DNA of 64,000 nucleotides, from NCBI GenBank assembly GCA_964016885.1, contig OZ024740.1, positions 284,332,001-284,396,000 on the forward strand, in the 5' to 3' direction. The stretch's first letter is position 1, and each line of letters starts with the position of its first letter. A program made the translations under genes and the position numbers. The notes under the pieces were generated by a model that saw nothing but the letters and a program-made list of their open reading frames with translations, was not told the DNA's origin and made no database searches. Origin of the DNA: Eledone cirrhosa. Taxonomy: Eukaryota. Positions 13,701-26,145 of this stretch are shown piece after piece.

Positions 13701-15480
13701 AAAATTAATAATAAACAAAAACAAAAAAAAATAAAAGATTTAAGTCACCGATATCTGAATTTTATAATAAAATATTGTAGTCCCAAGTCCTGGGAGTCGT
13801 AAAATTCTGAAACAAATGTCCACAGTATTTATAAGAATAGTTACATTGATTTGAATTTTATTGACAGAATTTTATCTTCAAGTAAATAACTTACACTAGC
13901 AATCATAGTTTCTAACCAAGTATTGTTTTGTAATGTCTCTACCACTAACACATAGTTTGCAATGTTCTATAGTACATTTGCACTTACTAAAGAGTGAGCA
14001 GTCCAGTTTGCTTTAGAACACATGCAGTTGGAGAAATGTATTTTTCCAGAGCAGTTGATTAAATCTCTACACACTTTGGAAACCTCTTGTTACTCAAAGT
14101 GGTTTCCCCAACTCACAGCTTAACCCAGACAAAATTTGATGGAGAAGGAACCTCAAGCTATGTTTGTGTGCTGATCATCCATATTCCTGCTTGATACACT
14201 GTGACTGACTTGTCATAGAATAGAGAAAGGGGTGAACATTGATCTGGATGGTCTTGTACAAGAGGTTGCCCAGCTATGCTTCATACACTGTTGTAGCATA
14301 TAATTCCTGAGTGTCAATTTGTCAATTGCTTCATTTTTTCCCCTCTCATCTTATTGACAGAGTTCAATGGACTGATTTTGCCATAGATGATAACAGTCAG
14401 TATCTTGAAAGGATTGCTGTCGACATCCAGCAGCTGAAAGAGATAATCGGCTGGATACACAAATGTCTCTATATTTTCATAGCCATCTCAGGCCTACCAA
14501 AACAACTGCTTATCCTTGTTGAAGGCAGAGAGTGTGTCACAACCTAAAATTGCATGGAAATAGGTAATCCTTGTGTTCATGGCTCCACTATGCCTATACA
14601 GAGGACATTGATGCCATAAAAACTCTAATTCTTACCCATTCTAAAGGTCACCCAGTTATCAGCCAAAGCATCATAATCAGAACTTGGAACATGTCTATCA
14701 AACATTGTATATTGGTATATATGCACTTAGTCTTTTCTCTATGTCCCAGTGCATGCAGTACATGAACCATAACCCTGATGTTCACTTTCTTATGATTACA
14801 CCAATAGATATCCAACAGCATGTCTTGATGTAATATATATAGCTTAACCTTGCAGAAGTGACTAACTTGTCATAGAATAGAGAAAGGAGTGAATATTGAT
14901 CTGGATGGTTTTGTACAAGAGGTTGCCCAGCTGTGTTAGGTTAACCATGCAATGTTGTCTCCATTAGTGTGGTCTTATGTTTTTAGAAGTGGCACTATAT
15001 GCTATTACCCAGCAGTGTCCCTGTACTCTGATCTCAACTAAACAGATCCTAACTGGAAATATGTCACACTCTAGCAGCATGAAAGGTATTGTCCTCAAAG
15101 CCATGGAGAAGACAGAAATAGGGCTGTTGGAAAGAGAGTACTTTTCCCTTTTGAACAACAATGTTATAATAGGTGCCTTGCTCATACCAGCTTCAGTCTT
15201 CAAAAGCAATTGGAAAAATGTGATTGAAGTCATGAAGAATTCCAGAGAATCAACAGCCCTTTCCAGAGACAAGCAGAAGAAACTACTCCATCTGCTACAA
15301 AGCATTCACAGATAGAAGTGGGGATCCTGTTCAATATTGCAAATCAGTGAATGAAATCAAAACAACTATTGAATAGAAAGAAATACGTAGAAAATTAAAT
15401 AATTATTTTAAATTGTGGTCTTGATTCAATGTATCTTCAACCAATCTGATTTTATGACACAAATGTCTGGAGAAAAGCAT

Positions 15481-15848
15481 TACCGTATTTCTCAGCCCCG
15501 AAGACGCTTCGTCCTCGAGGACAGACCCTAATTTTGACAACCGAAAATTTGAAAAAAAAAAATTGTTTCTACTTTTGGCCAGCAATTATCCCAGTGCATT
15601 GCTGGTACTTTATTTTATCGACCCCGTAAGGATGAAAGGCAAAGTTAACCTCGGCGGGATTTGAACTCAGATCATAAAGGGAGGTAACTCTATGCTTCAA
15701 AGCATGGCGCCCGACCCTCTACCAATACTGCCAATCCACCGCCCTGAAAAAAAAAATAATAAACAATCTTCGGCCTCCAGAACGCATGGTAGATTTTTTA
15801 GACTTATTTTAGGAAAAAATAGCGTCTTCGACACCAGGAAATATGGTA
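15481..15848. mobile_element. pogo/Tc2-like MITE with a nested family A SINE (about 15562-15745, minus)
   Basis: Terminal inverted repeats TACCGTATTTCTCAGCCCCGAAGACGC / GCGTCTTCGACACCAGGAAATATGGTA; the SINE sits in an internal A-tract. Confidence 0.8.
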
Positions 15849-16094
15849 TTTTTTATTTTTTATAAATGTAAGCTATCTTGAATTTTGGTGTTTTACATGC
15901 ATATGAAAGGTCTGTAGCCTAATAAGAGATAGATCCTAAAGAAACCTCATGACAAATTTGTTTATTGATCAAGTAACAATATTTTTTTAATATAGTACTA
16001 AAGAACCTGGCTACAGGGTGCACATAAAATGATAAAGAAATTAGGGAGGAGGATAAAGAAAAAAGAAATTCTAAGTTAAATTTCAATGTTATTA

Positions 16095-16375
16095 TCATCA
16101 TTGTCGATTAACGTCTATCTTCCATGCTAGCATGGGTTAGACTGGTTTGTCCCAATTAGAGGTAAGTTGGGTCGGGTGACTGTGTCTCACTAATATAGTT
16201 TATGGCTGGTTTTCTATGGCTGGACGCCCTTCCTAACGCCAACCACATTGTCAGTGTGTGCTGGGTGCTTTTTGCCGTGTCTTTTACACGTCCACTTTAC
16301 AGTGTGGGCCGGGTGTTTTGGGGCTGGTTTTCTACGGCTGTATGCCTTCCTAACGCCAACCACATTTACAGTGTT
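16095..16375 (-). mobile_element. RTE/SINE 3' tail fragment
   Basis: TTAACGTC..CCATGCTAGCATGGG and two GCCCTTCCTAACGCCAACCAC-type units. Confidence 0.75.
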
Positions 16376-16769
16376 ATAATATTATATAAAATATGTTTTA
16401 TATGTTATATAAAATATGTATATATTTTCATTTAATTAAAACTACAGTTGGAATATCAATCAACTGTTTACATTATTTTAACTATGCATTCTTTTGTGTG
16501 TGTGTGTCTATGTCAGTGTGTGTGTGTGTGTGTGGTGTATGGGTATGTCAGTATGTGTGTATGTGTGTGTTTACTGATTTAATTTTTACCAAGTACAGTT
16601 TTGCTTCTATTAATGTTTATTCACAGAACTGAAAATTAACAAAATTTAAGTAATAAAATAAAAGTAGAAAGAAAAATTATATATATAAAAAAAAGTAGAA
16701 AAAAACGACCACAACCAATGCTTAAATGTTAATGAGTTTTTTTCTAAAATATTTTATTAAAAATCAATG

Positions 16770-17140
16770 CCTGGGCAGTGGATAGGCAGTATTGGTAAAG
16801 CATTAGACAAGATGCTTTGTGGAATATAGTTATGTCCCTTTACGTTCTGAATCCTGCTGAGGTTAGCTTTGCCTTTCATCCTTACAGGGTTGATAAAATA
16901 AAGTACCAGTAATGCACTAGGGTAGATTTAATTGACTTTTCCCTCCTCCATAATTGTAGATCTTGTGCTTAACCCTTTACCATTTACATTTCTCTATATT
17001 TACTATAACATTTTCACGGTAAAGGCTTTACTTCACATAATTATCTCACATAATATCGAATCTATGAGATTTTAATATTATTTATTTTGAGAACAATAAC
17101 TTAACATCAGTATGAGCGGCCAGTTACAGCCGGTTTAAAT
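16770..17140 (+). mobile_element. family A SINE followed by a truncated piggyBac-like MITE (from about 16970)
   Basis: SINE central motif, then TTAACCCTTTA.. and the MITE body. Confidence 0.7.
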
Positions 17141-18646
17141 CAGAAACCATTATGAATCAAGGATGACGTTGTCAAAAACCCGTGTAAAGTACTTTTAACA
17201 TGCTACTATCTTCACTCATTGTTAAATATTAATAATTGTTGTTCTAATTCCTACTCATTGCTTCATCTGAGTTTGTGTTGATTTTATTTGGCTTCCTCTT
17301 GTTTTTATTTATGTATTCATCACTTTTATATTTATATTTTTAGGGCTCTTTTTACTAACTGTTGAGATTACTGCTACTGCTCAGATTTCATTTCACCTTC
17401 ACCCATCTTCAAAGGAAAACATAATATGATAGAAACCTGAATGGAATTCTTTTCATGTTATATTGTTATATTTTGTCTTACATTTGTTGAGATCATGACT
17501 ATTTCCTGATATAGACATAAACTATTGTTGTCTAAAGTTAACTTTTATTTTTTAAGCTTTAGGAGAGGAGAAGGTGGAAATAGAGAGGTCCAAATCATAA
17601 AACACTGCTACCTGAAAATGTAGCAAATTATGGTGCAGAAAGAATACATATGTTTTGAAAAAGGAAAAGAAAACAATGTCCAAAAAATTGTAACATGGCA
17701 TAGAATGAAGATTTGCAGAAATTGGGGAAATAGTGAAATGAATAAGGTCCGTCCGTGCAACATTAACTTAAAGTTAAAGGCTGGCCACAGGTAAAGAAGT
17801 GATTGTGGAGAAGAATAATTAACCAATGTATATTAATAGGATTGACTGTGTATTGTGAATGAATATGAATCGTGTGTAGATGAAAAAGAGCTACAAGTTG
17901 ATTGTAGAAGGTATGTGTGTAGTGTTAGACCAGGGTAGACTTGAAAAGTAAGAGTTAGGACATATTTGAAAACACTGAAGTTCACAGGATTAAGCTATGA
18001 GTAGAAATATACAAACTATTTCAAACCTGTCCAGTTTATTTGAACAGAGTAAAATAGGACTGATATAATGATGGTGATAATATGAGGAGGGTGTATTTAA
18101 AAGAGCAAAGATGTCTTACTTGTGGATAAGAATATGTATGAAAACTAATCAGATAAATGAGTATTATTGGTTTAAAGTCTTTAAACCTTTCATTGCCATA
18201 TTAAAGACACTACCACTATTTTCAGATCATTTTGAAAATAATGAAGAATTTGGAGGAGTTTAGTAAAATAACTAAGTTTGGAGCATAACTTAAAAGTTCT
18301 TACATAAAATTATAAATAACAAGAAATAAAATACAGTCTATGTAGCGAAGTACTTAAGGAACTTCACAAATATAATACACAAAAATATACCAAATATAAT
18401 GCACAAAAACATACATGAGTGTGTGTCTGTGAAACATATACATACATACACAGTCTGAACACAGAAGAACCAAACTCCCACTGTCACTGCCTCCATCTCT
18501 CCAGCTCTCCCCATCTCTCACTATTATGAGCAAATGGGGGCCCACACGCTGGACACCCCATGTCCCGGCAGACAGAATAGAGAAGGCATTTCCCTAGAGG
18601 ATGGTGAGGGAGACGTGCTGAAAGAACCATTCATTTTAGATAAATA

Positions 18647-19266
18647 CTAGCAGAATGGCCCGGCGTTGCTCAGGATTTGCTCTAGAGTTCTTATATATTT
18701 GATATATATTTATCCTTATTGAGCCTCATGAAATAAATACATTTTACGTTTGTTTATATTTTGTTATTGTGTATGCAAAAATATCTGTACACGAATATAT
18801 AATTATATATATATATTAAAATAACAGATTAAAGTTTAAGCAAAGAATCGCTGCTTTCACCCTTAACGGGATCTTCTGAAATTAAAAAAATCAATCTGTG
18901 AACGCAGAAGTAAATATTTCGAAAAATGTTACACACTATATATATATACACACTATATATATATACATATACACACACAGCGTCAAAATGTCGTAATGCA
19001 GACAGCCAGACATACAGACAGATATTATAAGGGCGCAACATTATATCTATGTATCTATCTAAAAAGAAAGACTAAGAATTATAGAGAGAGAGATCACTAA
19101 ATCGCCTAATGCGGTCCCTAGGGCATTGAAAATTTGAAATTTCTTTTTCTCAAAACACTCACATGACCATAAGTATTACATGTGTAAAGTTTGAAAACAA
19201 TCAGTTGGGTGGTTCTCGAGTTTTAGGGAGCTGACAGACAGACATTCTCTGTTTTAGATATATAGA
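18647..19266 (-). mobile_element. non-autonomous Helitron
   Basis: Minus strand starts TC(TATATAT) and ends CTAG, with subterminal hairpin CCTGAGCAACGCCGGG; inserted between A and T; carries (CTGT)n near the 5' end. Confidence 0.75.
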
Positions 19267-20593
19267 TAAACACTTTAAAATAAACAGTTTTATATCGTAA
19301 ACCAGGAGCAGTTTCAGACAGTTTTGATTCAAAAGTTATGGCATTATAATCACCATTTCCTTCATCCCTTTAGCGAGACCTTTATATTCCTTATTCAAGA
19401 AGTGACTATCAGAAGAGTACAGTACCACAAGCAGCTTTAACAACTTTATAGTTGCTGTTCAAATCAACCAGAAGTTGTTTAAAAATAATTTTATATGAAC
19501 CACCTTATAATTATGGCAACTTTCATTTCCTTTGACCTCCTCTTTAAAAACTCAAACAACTGAAATAGATGTAAAACAAAATACAAATACAAGCTTTTAA
19601 ATAATAATTGCAAGTCATTTCTATGTTTATGGGTCACTTGTCATAAACAATGTTAAAATGTCTTCACCTAATTCCAGGTTTTCATTTATAAAATACATCT
19701 TCCCATGTGAGCAAATAATCAAGGTATTGTGAGATGATAACCTTTGCAAAGTTCTTATGTTATCTAATTGTCAAATGAGTTCTAAAAGTACAATATACCA
19801 AATATTCAAAGAATTCTTTCTTTCTATTTTTGCTGATGTTCATGATGATGGTTGCTGTCATTGCTGCGAATTGTCATTAAAGAAGCATTAGAAGAAGAAG
19901 AAGATGAAGATGAAGATGAAGATAAAGAAGAAAAAGAAGAACACTAACCAGATAGTCAGGGTAGTGGATAACCAGCCTAGAGGTTGGTGTTGATATTAGA
20001 CATTTGTTGTTTCTGATGATGAATACTTCAGTTGGTTCAATCAATGGAGCAACCTGCTCATGAAATTATCGTGCAAGTGACTGAGCATTCCAGATATGAG
20101 CCATATTTACATAGTTCTCAGGGAGATTCAGTGTGACACAGTGTGTGATAAAGCTGTCTCCTTGAATTTTTACCAGCTGAGTAGACTGGAGTAACATGAA
20201 ATTTTACTGAAGGACTCAACATGCCACTTAGTCCAGGAATCAAACTCATAATCTTTTGGTGATGAACCAAGCACCCTAACCAATAAGCCATTGCTGCACT
20301 GTGCCATAACAAAAAGAAGTTAGCAGAATCAGTAGATTCATCATCATCATCATCATCTTCGTTTAACGTCCATTTTCCACGCTAGCATGGGTTGCCAGAC
20401 AATATGTTTTAGGATATATATTTACATCCCTTTATGTCTTGAGTTCAAATCCCACTAGAGCTAACTTTGATCTTCATCTGACTAGGGTTGAGAAAATAGT
20501 ACCAGTTAAGTAGTAAAACAGTTTATATTGACTAGAACCCCATCCCCACCCTCAAAATATGTTGGTGGTTTTGTGTTAATGTTAAAAAGCATT

Positions 20594-20780
20594 GTGGATT
20601 GGCAGTATCGGTAAAAGGTCGGACGCCATGCTTTGCAGCAAAGAGTTACGCCACATTACGGTCTGAGTTAAAATCCCGCCAAGGTTAACTTTGCCTTTCA
20701 TCCTTACATGGGTCAATAAAATAAAGCACCAGTAATACACTGGGATAATTGCTGGCCTTGTGCCAAAAGTAGAAAGTATT
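20594..20780 (+). mobile_element. tRNA-derived SINE family A
   Basis: TGGATTGGCAGTATCGGTA head (A-box-like), GAGTTAAAATCCC (B-box-like) and the conserved core. Confidence 0.8.
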
Positions 20781-21194
20781 ATTAATCATAATCACTGGCA
20801 ATGAAATGACAGAAACCATGGAATCACAAATTAAACAAGCTGCAGTATTAACTTCATTAATCTATAATCAAAGTTCAAACTCCCCTATAGTTATTAAAAT
20901 AAGTACCAGTCATATACTATGGTTGATTCAATCATTGATATCTTATACCTACAACTTTAACTCTGCATTAATGTAAGAAAGATCACTCAGTCCAGCATGT
21001 CAGCTGGCCACTTTGGTGCCGCAATAAAAAGCACCCAGTCCACACTGTGGTTGTCTTTAGAAGGGACATCCAGCCATAGAAACCAAACTAGAAACAATCC
21101 CATATAAGCAAGACATGCTCACCTGATCTGACTTGTCTCACAATGGGACAACTCATCTAACCCATGCTGTCAGGAAAAATGGATATTAAACAAT

Positions 21195-22114
21195 GATGAT
21201 GGAGGGTGCTCTGAAAGTACTGTAGCTAGAGTCAGAACTGGTTGGAAAAAGTTCAGAGAGCTTATACCACTATTAGCTGCTAAAGGGTTCTCCCTAAAAA
21301 TGAAAGGCAGGTTGTACGATGCCTGCATACGAACAGCAATGTTGCATGGCAGTGAGACCTGGGCATTGTATGCAGAGGATATACGCAGACTAGAGAGGAA
21401 TGAAGCTTGCATGCTCCGCTGGATGTGTAACAGTAATATACGTGAACGGCAAAGCATAAACGAACTAAGGAAAAAATTAGAGATAAGAGGGATCAGATGT
21501 TGTTTACTCGAGAGAAGGCTACGTTGGTATGGACACGTGATGCGCATGAAAGTCGATAGCTGTATAACAAAGTGCAGGGCAATAAAGATAGACGGTAGTC
21601 ACGGAATAGGCAGACCTAGAAAAACCTGGGACGAGCTGATAAACTCCGACATCACACACTTACACCTCTCCAAGACAATGTCACTGGACCGAGACCTTTG
21701 GCGGTACTCAGTAACAGAGAAGACCCGCCTTACCTAAATATATAGTAAAACCTACTCCAGCCAGTAGGCATCTCTAACAAAATACACCCCGTCCCACCAC
21801 CACCACCCCCACCCGATCCACACCACCCCGTTCTATGTAAAGTTATGTTGGTGCCGCGCCATCCAGGCCGAAACAAATGAGATCGTGTAGGTGTCACGAC
21901 AAAAAAACACACAGTCCACGCTGTAATGTGGCCGTGTAGGCAACACGGTAAAAACCTCCCAGACCCACACTGTAAATGTGGTTGGTGTTAGGAAGGGCAT
22001 CCAACTGTAGAAAACCTGCCAGACAGTCCTATGCGAGCAAGACAATCACTCTTGCCTCAAGTGGGACTACCCCCGTCCAAACCCATGCAAGCGTGGAACA
22101 CGGACGTTAAACGT

Positions 22115-22152
<38 letters not shown>
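21195..22152 (+). mobile_element. 5'-truncated RTE LINE
   Basis: ORF 21300-21737 (..MLHGSETW..RRLRWYGHVMR..GRPRKTW..), 3'UTR and (GAT)n tail. Confidence 0.95.
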
Positions 22153-22191
<39 letters not shown>

Positions 22192-22276
22192 TAAGAGGAA
22201 AGCACGAACAGGGGATATTTCCCTTTATCAGTTGTCTGCTGGAGATCACGTACATTTCATATATATATATATATAT

Positions 22277-23185
22277 AGGACTATCTGGCAGGTTTTCTAC
22301 GGCTGGATGCCCTACCTAACACCAACCACATTTACAGTGTGGAACTGGGAACTTTTTACCATGTTACCTACATGGCCACATTACAGCGTGGACTGTGTAT
22401 TTTTTTGTTGTGACACCTACATGATCTCAATCTCATTATCTCATTTATTTGGACTGGATGTTGTGGTACCAACTGTACAGAGAGAGGGTGGTGTTGGTGG
22501 TAGTGGGAGGATAGGGTAGGGGTAGTGGATTGGGGCGTATATGTGGTTCAGAGGTGCCTACTGACTGTAGGTTTCGCTTTGTACATAGGCAAGGTGGGTC
22601 TTCTGTATTACTGCGTAGCACCAAAGATCTCGGTCCAGTGACATTGTCTTAGAGAGGTGCAAGTGTGTAAGGTCGGAATTTATCAGATCGTCCCAGGTTT
22701 TTCTGGGTCTACCTACTCCGTAACTACCATCAATTTTGATCGCCCTGCACTTTTTTTTACAGCTGTCGTCTTTCATGTGCATCACGTGGCCATACCAACG
22801 TAGTTTTCTCTCAAGTAAACAGCATCTGATCCCTCTTATTCCTAATTTCTCACTTAGTTCATTTATGCTTTGCTGTTCACGTATATTGCTATTACACATC
22901 CAACGGAGCATGCATGCTTCATTCCTTTCCAGTCTGCACAGGTCCTCTGCACGTAATACCCATGTCTCACTGCCATGTAGCATTGCTGTTCGTATACAAG
23001 CATCATACAATCTGCCTTTCATTTTTAGAGAGAAATCTTTTGTGGCCAACAGTGGTATAAGCTCTCTGAGCTTTTTCCATCCCGTTCTGGCTCTGGCTAC
23101 TTTACTTTCAGAACACATTCCACCACTGTTGATTTCATCACCCAGGTAATGGAAGGTGACCACTATTTCTATAGAACCATCTGGG
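22277..23185 (-). mobile_element. truncated RTE LINE
   Basis: ORF 22558-23163 (FHYLG..LRWYGHV..GRPRKTW) plus 3'UTR. Confidence 0.92.
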
Positions 23186-24398
23186 TATTTTGTTAGAGAT
23201 GCCTACTGGCTGTAGTAGGTTTTACTATGTATTTAGGTAAGGCGGGTCTTCTCTGTTACTGAGTACCGCCAAAGGTCTCGGTCCAGTGACATTGTCTTGG
23301 AGAGGTGTAAGTGTGTGAGGTCGGAGTTTATCAGCTCGTCCCAGGTTTTTCTAGGTCTGCCTATTCCGTGGCTACCATCTATCTTTATTGCCCTGCACGT
23401 TGTTATACAGCTATCGACTTTCATGCGCATCACGTGTCCATACCAACGTAGCCTTCTCTCGAGTAAACAACATCTGATCCCTCTTATTTCTAATGTTTTC
23501 CTTAGTTCGTTTATGCTTTGCCGTTCACGTATATTACTGTTACACATCCAGCGGAGCATGCAAGCTTCGTTCCTCTCTAGTCTGCGTATATCCTCTGCAC
23601 ACAATGCCCAGGTCTCACTGCCATGCAACATTGCTGTTCATATGCAGGCATCGTACAACCTGCCTTTCATTTTTAGGGAGAACCCTTTAGCAGCTAATAG
23701 TGGTATAAGCTCTCTGAACTTTTTCCAACCAGTCCTGACTCTAGCTACTGTACTTTCAGAGCACCCTCCCCCACTGCTGATTTTATCACCCAGGTAATGG
23801 AAACTGTCCACTATTTCTATAGAACCCTCTGCGCAATTGAAAGAGCTAGTATTTTGTGGGCACTTGCTGCTACTTATTGCACCAGAGCACCGGCCACATG
23901 TAAAATCTATGTTCTTAGTTAGCTTACCTGTGATCCCACTACATCTTTTATGCATCCATACTTTGCATTTAGGACATAAAATGGAGTTTCTACCTACGCC
24001 TTTCCTACACACCGAGCACGACCATTTCCCAGAAGGGACCGCCACCTTGTTTTCTTTCCTACAAACTAGAACTTTAGTCTTAGCCAGGTTAATTTTAAGG
24101 CCTTTTGATTCTAGGCCGTGCTTCCATGTTTGGAATTTCTTCTCTAGCTCGGCCATTGATTCCGCTATGAGTGTCAGGTCGTCTGCGTATAGGAGTTCCC
24201 ATGGGCAGCCGGTCTTGAACTCCTCTGTTATAGCCTGAAGGGCAATAATAAATAGTAGGGGGCTGAGAACAGAGCCCTGATGGGCGCCAACTTTTACGCT
24301 AAACTCTTCACTATATTCGTTGTTAATTCTAACCTTGCTGACTGTTTCTTTATACATGGCTTGTATAGCTCTCACAAGCCATTCGTCAACGCCTAGTT
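23186..24398 (-). mobile_element. truncated RTE LINE with RT core
   Basis: ORFs 23638-24375 (GAHQGSVLSPLLF, LLYADDL, Cys/His finger) and 23233-23631, separated by a stop codon. Confidence 0.95.
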
Positions 24399-24405
24399 TT
24401 CTAAG

Positions 24406-24439
<34 letters not shown>

Positions 24440-24743
24440 GTGTGTGTGTGTGTATATATATATCAAATGAAGCAATAGAGTAAAGGACTCGCATATATCC
24501 TTGTAATGAGCTCAAGGAAAAAAATTTTCCGGACTCTTCAAAATACAATATAGGGAGGAGGATACACACAAAAAAGAATGTGTTTTCAATTACAGGGGAT
24601 ATATTGCCACTAGAGTGAAGAACATAAAAACTAAGATATATATATATATACAATAGAGGTCATCATCATCATCATCATCAACGTTTAACGTCCGTGTTCC
24701 ACGCTTGCATGGGTTTGGACGGGGGTAGTCCCACTTGAGGCAG

Positions 24744-24794
<51 letters not shown>

Positions 24795-25050
24795 TATGTA
24801 AGGGGTGTATATGAAAGTATATACTATATGTTTATATACAATAAACATATGGGAGCCTTGCTATTAAAGAAAAATATTTTTTCATTACAAAAAAATGATT
24901 TTTCTCATTTTTGGTTGTGTGAATACATTAGTAGTAGTTGACAATTCCAGACTACAATCTTTCAAGATGCATTAATCTCTTATCAGTAACATTAAACCAG
25001 TACTGACATAGACTAGAGTCTATATAGATTTATTTTGTGTAATATATATA

Positions 25051-25115
<65 letters not shown>

Positions 25116-25129
25116 GTATATATATATAT

Positions 25130-25570
25130 TTCTGTCCACACCACCCTTACACTGTAAACAAAATGCATCCAGAAAACACTGTAAAGTGGTTGTGTAGGTG
25201 TCACGACAATAAGCACCCAGCCCACTCTATAAAGTAGTCATGTAGTTGTTATGACAATAAGCTAAGCACCCAGCCCACACTATAAATTAGTCATGTATTT
25301 GTCACGACAATAAGCACCCAGTCTAGTCTGAAAGGTGGTTGTGAAGGTGTCACAACAAAAAGCACCCAGTCGACACAGTAAAGTGATTGTGAAGGAGTCA
25401 GTACTCACTGTAAATGTGGTTGGCGTTAGGAAGGGCCTCCAGTCAAAGAAATCTAACCAGAAACAGTTCTATATGAGCAAGACATGGTCGCCTGACCCAA
25501 CATGCCTCTAATGGGACACCCCGTCTAACCCATGCTTGGAAAATGGACGTTAAACGATGATGATGATGAT
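25130..25570 (+). mobile_element. RTE-type 3'UTR with expanded internal subrepeats
   Basis: About five AAGCACCCAG..ACACTGTAAAGTGGT-type units, then TTAGGAAGGGC.. and GGACGTTAAAC(GAT)n. Confidence 0.8.
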
Positions 25571-25791
25571 ATATCATCATCATCATCATCGTTTAACGTC
25601 CATCTTGGTGCGCTTTCATCAGATAAAATACAGATTTGTTTTATAAATAAATATTGACATACCCGGAAAAAAGACAACCTTAACGGTTGAGCTTCCTAGA
25701 TAGTGCTTTATATCAGTTATAAAATTGTTTAAGCTTGTTGAATCCCAACAAATTAAATATAACCTCTGCATATATATATATATGTATATGA

Positions 25792-26135
25792 AGGCACATG
25801 GCTTAGTGGTTAGAGCATTGGCCTTGCAATCGAAAGGTTGTGAGTTCAATTCTCCGACCGGGTGATGTGTTGTTTCCTTGAGCAAGACACTTTATTTCAC
25901 ATTGCTCCAGTTTACTCAGCTGTAGAAATGAGATGATAGGGACTGCGGTCCCTATCATTCCACTGCAAAGTGGTCGTGGAGGGGCCACGGCAAAAAAGCA
26001 CCCAGCACTCACTGTAAATGAGGTTGGTGTTAGGAAGGGCATCCAGCTGTAGAAATCAAGCCAGAATCAGTTCCCGTCCCACCCTTGCAAGCAGGGAAAA
26101 AGCGGACGTAAAATGAAATGATGATGAAATGATGA
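25792..26135 (+). mobile_element. tRNA-derived SINE family B with RTE-derived 3' tail
   Basis: A box TGGCTTAGTGG, B box GAGTTCAATTC, central CCTTGAGCAAGACACTT..CAGCTGTAGAAATGAG; the tail matches the RTE 3'UTR and (GAT)n. Confidence 0.88.
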
Positions 26136-26145
26136 TATATATATA

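Noticed and set aside
14190-15315. About 75-bp duplication (14200 and 14860) and ORFs 14964-15315
   Set aside because: Probably old LINE debris; no diagnostic motif I can support
19880-19945. Acidic E/D/K coding-like run
   Set aside because: Simple (GAA/GAT) repeat with no convincing exon context
25792-25865. tRNA gene
   Set aside because: A/B boxes are present but continue into a SINE core and RTE tail, so this is a SINE head
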